From the IMG/VR virus record IMGVR_UViG_3300047650_000023: 64,000 bases of DNA. One strand, 5' to 3'. Shown here piece after piece: positions 39,500-47,341 of the stretch. Positions within the stretch are counted from its first letter, which is position 1, and each line of letters begins with the position of its first letter. Source of the DNA: a virus. The notes beneath the pieces are model-generated. The model was not told where the DNA came from and did no database searches. It was given only the letters and a program-made list of their open reading frames with translations. The translations under genes were made by a program, and so were the position numbers.

Positions 39500-39940
39500 G
39501 TGATGAAATTTATGAAAAGAATTTTAAAACATATTAGTCATTCGATAATATTGTTCACAGTTTTGGGACTAATTTACTATTTTTTAGAAGTCATATACAG
39601 GGGACATTCTCATTGGGAAATGCTTATAATTGGCGGTTTATGTGGGCTTAGTCTTTCATACCTAAATTCCTTTCTGTCGTGGAAAATGCCATTAGTAATT
39701 CAAGCTGTCCTTGGCATGTTAATTTGTTTGATTATAGAATTTACGAGTGGCTGTATTTGTAACCTCGCATTAAATTTAAATTTATGGAACTACAATGGCT
39801 TACCTTTTAACTTACTTGGACAGATACAATTATACTATGCTGGGATGTGGTATGTGCTTTCTATCGTAGGCATTATTTTGGATGATCATTTAAGACATTG
39901 GTTATTTGGTGAACCTATGGGAAAGTACATAATATTCTAA
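39500..39940 (+). CDS. multi-TM protein of 'putative ABC-transporter type IV' family
   Basis: LEVIYRGHSHWEM..GG, IEFTSGCICN..LWNY..LPFNLLGQI. Confidence 0.75.
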   Translation: MMKFMKRILKHISHSIILFTVLGLIYYFLEVIYRGHSHWEMLIIGGLCGLSLSYLNSFLSWKMPLVIQAVLGMLICLIIEFTSGCICNLALNLNLWNYNGLPFNLLGQIQLYYAGMWYVLSIVGIILDDHLRHWLFGEPMGKYIIF

Positions 39941-40089
39941 AATATAATAGAATGATGGTTTGATGGGGACTATTGGAGATTATATCTCTTGTTTTCTCTA
40001 TAATGCTTTAGTATGCTCTGTTTTAAATGTGAACAAAATATGAATAAAATTAGGAAATCAGAAACAAATTAAATATTTTAATGTAATTG

Positions 40090-40118
40090 AGAGAATCTAT
40101 TAATTTAGGTTCTCTTTT
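40090..40118 (+). terminator. intrinsic terminator ending tail/rSAM transcript
   Basis: AGAGAATCTA/TAGGTTCTCT + T-run. Confidence 0.65.
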
Positions 40119-40234
40119 ATTATATGTAAGGAACGTCTTGTATGTAGACAAGCTACATACGCTTTTGCTTATGCCTGAAGGCAACGCAACACTATAAATA
40201 TGAAATAAATAAGAATGTATACGAAGGTGAATAA

Positions 40235-40426
40235 ATGTCAGAAGATGTTTTTGTATGTAAGAGTAGTATTCTTACAGCGTTTTTAATTCGTAATAAATGT
40301 AATTGTTTTAAAGTAGACCTAGATAATAAAAATTCAGATTATTTAATCCATTTGTTTGATAGAGATGAAAATTTAAAATCAGCTATGGATAAATGGCAAA
40401 CTAGATTCTTTAGAACAATTCAATAG
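40235..40426 (+). CDS. small DUF5659-like protein
   Basis: FVCKSSILTAFLI...LFDRDENLKSAMDKW. Preceded by hairpins at 40140-40183. Confidence 0.6.
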   Translation: MSEDVFVCKSSILTAFLIRNKCNCFKVDLDNKNSDYLIHLFDRDENLKSAMDKWQTRFFRTIQ

Positions 40427-40450
40427 AGAAAGGTTGTAGGTGATTTTATA

Positions 40451-40983
40451 ATGTCAAAAGAAATAGAAACTGTAAAAATAGAAAATGGAGATTATCTAGT
40501 TATTGATAAAGAAACTGGAAGTGTAATAAATACTATCAACAAAGGAGATAGAGTTATTCATAAAGAACAGATTGAATATTGCAAAGAGTATGATAATAAT
40601 TTTGGGAAAGGTAGAAATTTTGTGAAACTATTTGATGATTTAGAAGATATGCTTACAAATAAACTAACTAATGCTGAAATTGTTTTTATACTTAAAATTC
40701 GTAAATTTGTTTCTTATAATGATGCTATTCTTCGTGATGATTTTGGTAAAGGTGAAGTTCTTACATATGACACAATTGCTGGAAAAACAAAAATGTCTTA
40801 TTCTGGTGCTAGAAAAATAATTGAATCATTAATGAAAAAGGTGTACTAGCAATAAGCAAAACTGGAACAAGAGACAATGGCAATCTACTTACAAAGACGA
40901 TTCATGCAAATCCTAATATCTTTATTAGAGGAAATAAAATGGCAAGGTCTACTTCTGATTTATTTAGAAATAGTGGTTGGTAA
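40451..40983 (+). pseudogene. RepL-like winged-HTH gene broken by a -1 frameshift
   Basis: ORF stops at 40849. After ATG AAA AAG (40832-40) the -1 frame reads GVLAISKTG..IHANPNIFIRG..LFRNSGW* to 40983. Confidence 0.6.
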
Positions 40984-41051
40984 TATAGTAGTTTAATAAA
41001 GAATAAGAAGATAAATCCGTTAAAAAGTGATTATATACCTATGTTTGTGAG

Positions 41052-41117
41052 TAAAAAAGTGACCCAAATCGGGACACTTTTTCCTATATTAATGACCCAT
41101 TGTAGGTCACTTTTTTA
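41052..41117. repeat. twin palindromic operator/iteron-like sites
   Basis: GTGACCC-AAATC-GGGACAC (41059-77) and ATGACCC-ATTGT-AGGTCAC (41092-110). 13-bp perfect outer IR TAAAAAAGTGACC/GGTCACTTTTTTA. Confidence 0.65.
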
Positions 41118-41136
41118 AAAAATAAAGGAGAATTGT

Positions 41137-41862
41137 ATGAATAAAGAAGTAGAAACTATAATTTTAGATCCGAATAATGTAATTGAGAATTTTAATGAAG
41201 GTGTTCCGTATATAAAATTATATGATAATATAGCTAAAAATCTAAGAAAAATTTTAACACAGACTGAATTTGTAACTGCTTATAGTTTAGTAGATTATAT
41301 AGATGAATTTAATGTAATTAAGTTTGATGAAAAATTTTTATCCATGCAAAATTTATCTGAATATTTAAATGATACATATTCATCTATGAGAAGAATTATT
41401 CCAAGTTTAATAAATAAAAATGTTATTTGTAATTATTACATTGAAATCTATGATAACAAATATACAAAAGCATTTATATTAAATCCTTCTATAGCAACAA
41501 AAGAAAATTATAATTCTAAATATAAAGAGTTATTTGAAAATCCTAAATTAGTTGAAATAAATCATGCTATGTATTCAAATAATTCAGATAGAAGTACACC
41601 AGAATATCGTCAATGGATACAAGACTCATTAGACCGTGATAATTATACTTGTCAATGTTGCTGTTCTACAGAAAATTTAGAAGTACACCACATTTTGAAT
41701 TATGCACAATACAAAGATTTGAGGACTAATTTAGATAATTCAATTACATTATGTCAATGTTGTCATAGTCCTATGATTAAAGGTTCATTTCATAATATAT
41801 ATGGAACTAAAAATAATACAAAAGAGCAGTTGGATGAATACTTAGGACAAGCCAAAAAGTAG
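41137..41862 (+). CDS. RepL-like wHTH fused to HNH endonuclease
   Basis: PYIKLY..FILNPSIA N-domain. EYRQW..RDNYTCQCC..LEVHH..ITLCQCCH C-domain. Confidence 0.8.
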   Translation: MNKEVETIILDPNNVIENFNEGVPYIKLYDNIAKNLRKILTQTEFVTAYSLVDYIDEFNVIKFDEKFLSMQNLSEYLNDTYSSMRRIIPSLINKNVICNYYIEIYDNKYTKAFILNPSIATKENYNSKYKELFENPKLVEINHAMYSNNSDRSTPEYRQWIQDSLDRDNYTCQCCCSTENLEVHHILNYAQYKDLRTNLDNSITLCQCCHSPMIKGSFHNIYGTKNNTKEQLDEYLGQAKK

Positions 41863-41935
41863 CCATATAGTCCCATTTGGGACAAATACAATAAATTAAA
41901 TAATAAAAATAAACTAAGAAAAGAAAGGGATTTTA

Positions 41936-42871
41936 ATGTTAAATTTAAAAAGTAAATATCGTAAAATAGTTTCTTTGGTGTTAGCAATGGTTTTGGTGGG
42001 GAGTGTATTAATTATACCACAAAGTTTAACTGCTAGTGCAGCAACTAAAAATGGTTTGGACGTTTTTCATGGTACAACTCAATATAACCTAGTGGATTGG
42101 TCGCTGTTAGCTAAACAAGAACAATTTATTTACATAAAAAGTACGGAAGCAACGAATTTTAAAGATCCCACATATGTTTCAAATTACACAAATGCTAAGA
42201 AAGTCGGTTTAAGTTTTGGGGCGTATCATTTTTTAAGATTATATTCTGTTTCAAGTTGTATAGCGCAAGCTGATTTCTTTTGGTCACAAATTAAAGGCAC
42301 AGGTTTCTCGCTAGTTCCAGTTTTGGATTGTGAATCGTACGATTCTCAAACTACATCTGTAGGTGTAAGAGCATGTATAGCTTCATTTTTAAATGAGTTC
42401 TATAAAGATTCTGGTATACATTGTTTAATTTATGCTTGTCCAGATTATATAACAAACAATGACCTAAATTCTTATTTTTATTCGGATATGCTGTGGGAGG
42501 CTCAATACAATATTACACCTGATAAGATAAAAAATTGGAATTGGGTTTTGTGGCAATTTAGTTCTACTAGTCATTTATCATCTATTGGTGATGGTTTAGT
42601 AAATCTTGATTTTGATACAACATCATCTAATAGATTTTATTTAAAATATAATATTTATACTACTACAGTAAAACCTAAAAATAATGCTGTTACAAAATCA
42701 AAAGTACAAGTTTATGATGCAAACGGAAATATAGTAACTGGTTATACAATTCCAGCCAATACTTGGATTTATATTAAACGCTACACTTCAACATTCTGGG
42801 AAGTTATATATCCAAGTGGAACACATTGGACTAATGGATATATTTCAACAGCAACAAATCTCAAGAGATAG
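41936..42871 (+). CDS. GH25 muramidase endolysin with signal peptide and C-terminal SH3-like domain
   Basis: GLDVFH, YIKSTE, GAYHF, PVLDCE (DxE), WQFSS. Signal KIVSLVLAMVLVGSVLIIPQSLTASA. Confidence 0.9.
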   Translation: MLNLKSKYRKIVSLVLAMVLVGSVLIIPQSLTASAATKNGLDVFHGTTQYNLVDWSLLAKQEQFIYIKSTEATNFKDPTYVSNYTNAKKVGLSFGAYHFLRLYSVSSCIAQADFFWSQIKGTGFSLVPVLDCESYDSQTTSVGVRACIASFLNEFYKDSGIHCLIYACPDYITNNDLNSYFYSDMLWEAQYNITPDKIKNWNWVLWQFSSTSHLSSIGDGLVNLDFDTTSSNRFYLKYNIYTTTVKPKNNAVTKSKVQVYDANGNIVTGYTIPANTWIYIKRYTSTFWEVIYPSGTHWTNGYISTATNLKR

Positions 42872-42896
42872 AGAAATAAATTAAAGGAATGATTAA

Positions 42897-43088
42897 ATGC
42901 AAGAACAGGAAGTAGATTTATTTCCTTGTTATAGTAAACCATTAAAAGATTATTTAAATAAACAAGGTTTTATCTATAAGATTACAGGGTTGTCTATTGA
43001 AACACATAAACAATTTTGGGTATTTATTAGAACAGAACAATTCAATAACGCATTAACAAAATGGGGAGTAACTAATCCGAAAGGTTAG
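42897..43088 (+). CDS. small DUF5659-like protein
   Basis: FPCYSKPLKDYLNKQG...FWVFIRTEQFNNALTKW. Confidence 0.65.
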   Translation: MQEQEVDLFPCYSKPLKDYLNKQGFIYKITGLSIETHKQFWVFIRTEQFNNALTKWGVTNPKG

Positions 43089-43098
43089 TTACTCTTTT
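43066..43098 (+). terminator. terminator/attenuator hairpin before GIY-YIG gene
   Basis: GAGTAACTAA/TTAGTTACTC with GAAA loop + T-run. Confidence 0.6.
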
Positions 43099-43141
43099 AC
43101 TTTGTATTTTAAAATTTTAATTAGAAGGAAGTTGATATATA

Positions 43142-43927
43142 ATGGCAAATAAATGTTTTTATGTCTATAAGTTTTTAGATGATAATAATAATATTATCTA
43201 TATTGGAAAAGCGAAAAATTTAAACCATAGAATAATAAATCATTTTGGAAAGTTTGGGCATTTACCTAAAGAATGTTATAAAAATATTTCTAAAATAGAA
43301 TATTGTATTTTTAATACTAATACTGATATGTCTATATTTGAAATTTATATGATAAATAAATATCGCCCAATTTATAATATACACTCTAAATATAATGAGA
43401 ATATTAATAATTGTATATTTCAATTATAAGAACCTATTTGGAATAAATATATAAAAGAAGATAAAAGAAAAGTTAATAAACATAAAATTATTAATAAACG
43501 AAACATAAAAGTAATTTGTCTTACAACAGGTTTAATCTTTAATTCTTTATCAGATGCTAATAAATATTATAATATAAAAAGTCATAACGCAGTAAATAGT
43601 GTTTGTCAAGGGAATTCTAAGTCTGCTGGTAAAAATCAAATTACAGGTGAAAGATTGTATTGGGCTTATTATAATGATTATTTATCTGGGAATTATAGTA
43701 TATACAATAAATGTTTTAAAATTATATGTTTAAATAATAAAATGATTTTCAATAATTTAGAAGATGCTAAAAATTATTTTAATTTAGATAATGTCACTAG
43801 AATTTCGGAATGTTGTCATAATAAAAGTAGATACGGAGGTAGAGATCCAAAAACAAATGAAAAGTTACAATGGATGTTTTATAATGATTATTTAAAATTA
43901 AACAATCAAAATAATAAAATAGCATGA
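43142..43927 (+). pseudogene. GIY-YIG endonuclease with NUMOD1-like repeats, in-frame TAA at 43427-43429
   Basis: YVY..IIYIGKA..R..H and FEIYMI. Same frame continues KVICLTTGLIFNSLSDA.. into track ORF 43655. Confidence 0.75.
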
Positions 43928-43933
43928 GAAAAT

Positions 43934-43977
43934 AAAATAGAAGGACTTTATATTAATTTATAAAGTTCTTCTATTTT
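43934..43977. terminator. bidirectional terminator
   Basis: AAAATAGAAGGACTTTATA/TATAAAGTTCTTCTATTTT. Confidence 0.7.
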
Positions 43978-44243
43978 TTACGATTTTATTTTCATTTCAA
44001 TATATCTACTAGAGCCATCACAATGCCCTACAATTGTTTAAATATAAATACTAATAACTATAGCAAAAATGTATTTATACTAGCCTAGTCGTAAAATTAA
44101 ACGTATAGGAGTATATTTATATATACAAATCAGTAATTAATATTATTTAAACAAACAATCTTCTATTTTTTATATCTTATATATTCAGTAAAAATTGATA
44201 ATAATATCAACATCAAAATAAAATTTATAAAGAAGGTGATGCC

Positions 44244-44405
44244 ATGAACACAAATAGAATACCCAATAGATTAATCGGTGAGAAATCTCCTTATCTTTTA
44301 CAACATGCTTATAATCCTGTTAAATGGTTTCCTTGGGGAGATGAAGCTTTTAATAAAGCAAAGCAAGAAGATAAACCGATTTTCTTATCTATTGGGTATA
44401 GCTAG
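44244..44405 (+). CDS. phage-borne 53-codon 5' fragment of a host YyaL-like thioredoxin-domain gene (not in track)
   Basis: [63 protein letters not shown]. Candidate promoter TTGATA-18-TAAAAT at 44195-44224. Confidence 0.85.
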   Translation: MNTNRIPNRLIGEKSPYLLQHAYNPVKWFPWGDEAFNKAKQEDKPIFLSIGYS

Positions 44406-44408
44406 TTT

Positions 44409-44456
44409 GGTTACTATAATGTACCTGCCACTGGTGCCATATCGGCTAAAGTAACC
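44409..44456. mobile_element. putative attP of the serine integrase (48 bp, central TG at 44432-33)
   Basis: GGTTACT/AGTAACC terminal IR symmetric about CAC-TG-GTG. Core ACCTGCCACTGGTGCCAT encodes TCHWCH. Overlaps integrase stop. Gene strands converge here. Confidence 0.75.
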
Positions 44457-45960
44457 TTTTATAGACAATTTCTAATATGGTTTCGGTTTCGTTACATATC
44501 CAAATAATTTTATTAACTATAGATTTATATAATTGATTCCTTTTTTGGGGTGTATCTGCTAAAGATATATCATTAACAAACTTTTTTAAATTGTTAATAT
44601 CTTCTTCGTAATTATAATTTGACGTAGCTTTTAATTGAATATTTAGATCATTGATTTCTTTCCTAATCAACTTAATTTTTTTGTTCCATTTTTCTTTTCT
44701 TAATCTCCATTCTTCTTTATTATAATCTCCTATTTCATACATTTCATTAACTTTATCAAGAGCTTTTAAATATTTATCGAGTTCATTTGTCTTACTTAAT
44801 ATATTATCTTGAATAATTTTAATATCTTCTGTATTATCAAAATTATTTTGCAAAGAATAAATGCTTAAATATTGTTTAACTTTATTTATCACTAATTCTT
44901 CTAATGTTTTTTCCATAATTCCTTTGTTAATGCACTTATTTCCGTATGGATCTTTAAACCAACATGGTTTCATTAATACATTACCATTTGGTTTAGTAAG
45001 AAAACTATGGGTATGACCACATCTTCCACACTTTATTAAGCCACTAAAAGCAAATACTGATTGTTTTGTTCTTGATGGCATTTTATTATTATCTAATATT
45101 AATTTAAGAATTTTATCATGTTCAGATTGCGTTTTTACTGGATCATGGCAATTTTCAATAATAATCCATTGGTCTTTTGAATTTTTATGAAGTTGTTTAG
45201 CGTTAGGTTTTTTTGTTTTATGACCATCTCCAATAGATTTATTACTTATTATTTTTCCTAAATGAGTTTCGTCTACCAATAATCTGGAAACAGTCAAGTT
45301 ATTCCATTTCATATGTCTTGGAGATAAAATATTTTGATTATTAAGAATGTTAGATATTTGAGTTGTTGAATTTCCAGATATATATAATTCTATGATTTGT
45401 CTATAAACTTTAAGTTTTTCATCATTAATAACAAGTCCTTTTTCATTATATTTATCTTTGTATTTTTCATATTCATATGGATATGGTGGTGTTCCATTAG
45501 TCCAATTACCTCGTCTTGATCCAACCATTTTACCTTGTTTAAATCTTTTAGAAATCATTTTATATTCTTGTCGCGCAAATAACCCCTTAAAATCAGCATA
45601 TGTATCATCTAAATCATTATTTAGATCATATACTTTTTCAGGGGTTATTATTAAAGTATTAGATTTTTGAAATGCTTTTTTAATTCTATCTTGTTCTCCT
45701 AAGTCACCACGTCCCAAACGATCATAATCAACGCTACATACAGCATCATATACCCCTGCTTCAACATCTTTTAATAATTGTGTCATTTTTGGACGCATAT
45801 CAATACTATCTGAAGTTCCCACTTCTGCGTATTCTACATATTTAAAATTATTTTTAGTACATAAATCTGTTAAAATAGTTCTATGTTTCATTAAATCATC
45901 TTCATTATCTGCACGAGATTTTCTAATATATAAAGCTACAAATTTAACGTTATATTCCAT
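44446..45960 (-). CDS. large serine recombinase (phage integrase)
   Basis: YIRKSR (nucleophile Ser), DRLGR, GTPPYPY, zinc ribbon CGRCG..C..C, coiled coil. ATG 45960 follows AAGGA SD. Confidence 0.92.
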   Translation of the reverse strand: MEYNVKFVALYIRKSRADNEDDLMKHRTILTDLCTKNNFKYVEYAEVGTSDSIDMRPKMTQLLKDVEAGVYDAVCSVDYDRLGRGDLGEQDRIKKAFQKSNTLIITPEKVYDLNNDLDDTYADFKGLFARQEYKMISKRFKQGKMVGSRRGNWTNGTPPYPYEYEKYKDKYNEKGLVINDEKLKVYRQIIELYISGNSTTQISNILNNQNILSPRHMKWNNLTVSRLLVDETHLGKIISNKSIGDGHKTKKPNAKQLHKNSKDQWIIIENCHDPVKTQSEHDKILKLILDNNKMPSRTKQSVFAFSGLIKCGRCGHTHSFLTKPNGNVLMKPCWFKDPYGNKCINKGIMEKTLEELVINKVKQYLSIYSLQNNFDNTEDIKIIQDNILSKTNELDKYLKALDKVNEMYEIGDYNKEEWRLRKEKWNKKIKLIRKEINDLNIQLKATSNYNYEEDINNLKKFVNDISLADTPQKRNQLYKSIVNKIIWICNETETILEIVYKRLL

Positions 45961-45993
45961 ATTATTTAACATCCTTATTATTAGTATGGTTCT

Positions 45994-46022
45994 ATTATAT
46001 TATATTGTGTCATGTTCGTCAA
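45994..46022 (-). promoter_or_regulatory. sigmaA promoter of integrase
   Basis: TTGACG-17-TATAAT on minus strand. Confidence 0.75.
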
Positions 46023-46164
46023 TATAATTTTGAAGCATTTTCTGTTTTATTAATTTTGCGTATTCTTTATTAAAAGCTTCAATGGCTTCTCTACTAGGCT
46101 CATTTGTTATTATTGTTATAGGATATGTTTTTTTACCTATGGTATATGTAGATTGTTCAATCAT
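46000..46164 (-). CDS. 54-aa protein upstream of integrase, candidate recombination directionality factor (not in track)
   Basis: MIEQSTYTIGKKTYPITIITNEPSREAIEAFNKEYAKLIKQKMLQNYIDEHDTI. AGAAAGGA SD. Confidence 0.5.
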   Translation of the reverse strand: MIEQSTYTIGKKTYPITIITNEPSREAIEAFNKEYAKLIKQKMLQNYIDEHDTI

Positions 46165-46390
46165 AAAAAATTCCTTTCTAATTCAATTATTCAAATCTAT
46201 TCATCCACAAACCTATATATTACAAAATATTTTTCATCTAATTTCAACCCATCTTTTATGTATAAACTCCACTAATTTCTGTCCATACTATTCTTGTCAG
46301 ATAAATCATCAATTCTTTTAGTTTCTAGTTTCCCATTTTCTTCTTTCAATTTCCTATAATACAAACCTGCGTTGGCGATTGTAGGAAGAT

Positions 46391-46439
46391 AAAATAACGG
46401 ATATGAGATGGCTTAATTGTCAATCATATCCGTTATTTT
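46391..46439. terminator. 16-bp perfect hairpin ending the early operon
   Basis: AAAATAACGGATATGA/TCATATCCGTTATTTT. Confidence 0.7.
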
Positions 46440-46497
46440 TTACAATTTAAACTCCAAATATACCATAAAATGTTAGTTCTATTAACTATTTGAAATA

Positions 46498-46857
46498 TTA
46501 ATTATTCTTAATACCAGAACTATTTTCTAGTATCCAATTTCCTCTTTTTTCTGCATTTTGAGATAAATAATCATCTTTTTCAATAACATCATTACACTTA
46601 AACAATTCAACTTCTGAATCATTTAGACTATTAAAAAACATTAATTTATTATTATCATATATAGTAATACCTAATGTTTCATAGTCTGAAAAGAATACAA
46701 TCTTATCCTTTGAATCTTTAACAATCAACTGATATTGTGCTACAATAATTCTTGCTTTACTCCTTGAAGTATCAGTATCGTCTATATTATTTTTGCTATT
46801 ATCAAACACCCACAAGTTTCGACTGAGTATATCTAATATTGATTTATTAATATTCAT
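46498..46857 (-). CDS. hypothetical protein
   Basis: Track ORF trimmed to ATG 46857 directly after the dut stop. Confidence 0.55.
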   Translation of the reverse strand: MNINKSILDILSRNLWVFDNSKNNIDDTDTSRSKARIIVAQYQLIVKDSKDKIVFFSDYETLGITIYDNNKLMFFNSLNDSEVELFKCNDVIEKDDYLSQNAEKRGNWILENSSGIKNN

Positions 46858-46858
46858 A

Positions 46859-47341
46859 TTATTTAGTCTCTTTTTTTGTTGTTGAACCAAAACCACCTGT
46901 ACGTTTAACGTCTGTATTACCACTATCTGCTACAAGGTAATTAATAAACATTCCTTGACCTATCTTGTCACCTGCATTAATTATGTATGGTGTATCTCCT
47001 AGATTTAAAAGTCTAAATCCTATATTTCCATCATTACTTTCATTTGAATAATAATCACTCTCGATCCAACCTTGAATATTAGCAATTATAACAGGTTGTT
47101 TACCCATAGAACTGCGTACATTAAGTAATAATGCTTCATTTGGGAAAAAGTATGATTTAACATCTGTCCAAATCATTTGATTTTTATTAGGCTGAATTAT
47201 AACATCAATAGGTGAAAAGAAATCATATGCTATTGAATGTTCTGTTGCTCTTTGTGGAATTGTAATCTCACCTACTGTTTTACGAAAATCATCTGATACT
47301 ACTTCAAAACCTCTTGCTTTATGAATAGGTCTTCCCATCAA
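46859..47341 (-). CDS. dut: trimeric dUTPase
   Basis: RATEHSIAYDF, RSS, GWIESDYY..NDGNIG, GDKIGQG, RTGGFGST. Confidence 0.92.
   Translation of the reverse strand: MMGRPIHKARGFEVVSDDFRKTVGEITIPQRATEHSIAYDFFSPIDVIIQPNKNQMIWTDVKSYFFPNEALLLNVRSSMGKQPVIIANIQGWIESDYYSNESNDGNIGFRLLNLGDTPYIINAGDKIGQGMFINYLVADSGNTDVKRTGGFGSTTKKETK

Noticed and set aside
43974-44110. Weak long-range inverted repeats (TTTTACGA/TCGTAAAA) suggestive of a MITE
   Set aside because: Too short and degenerate, no target-site duplication, no second copy.
43427-44405. Alternative genetic code / stop-codon reassignment suggested by the in-frame TAA (43427) and TAG (44403)
   Set aside because: All other long genes are intact in code 11 and end on TAA, TAG or TGA normally.
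44397-44425. T4 gene 60-style ribosomal bypass or a mini group I intron to remove the 20-nt insert
   Set aside because: No matching take-off/landing codon pair in the right frame (AGC vs TGT), and no frame-restoring U|...G| junction or catalytic core. The mechanism is left open.
46180-46385. Fragmentary minus-strand reading frames between the hairpin and the RDF candidate
   Set aside because: No convincing SD/start and stops in all frames. At most a decayed gene.
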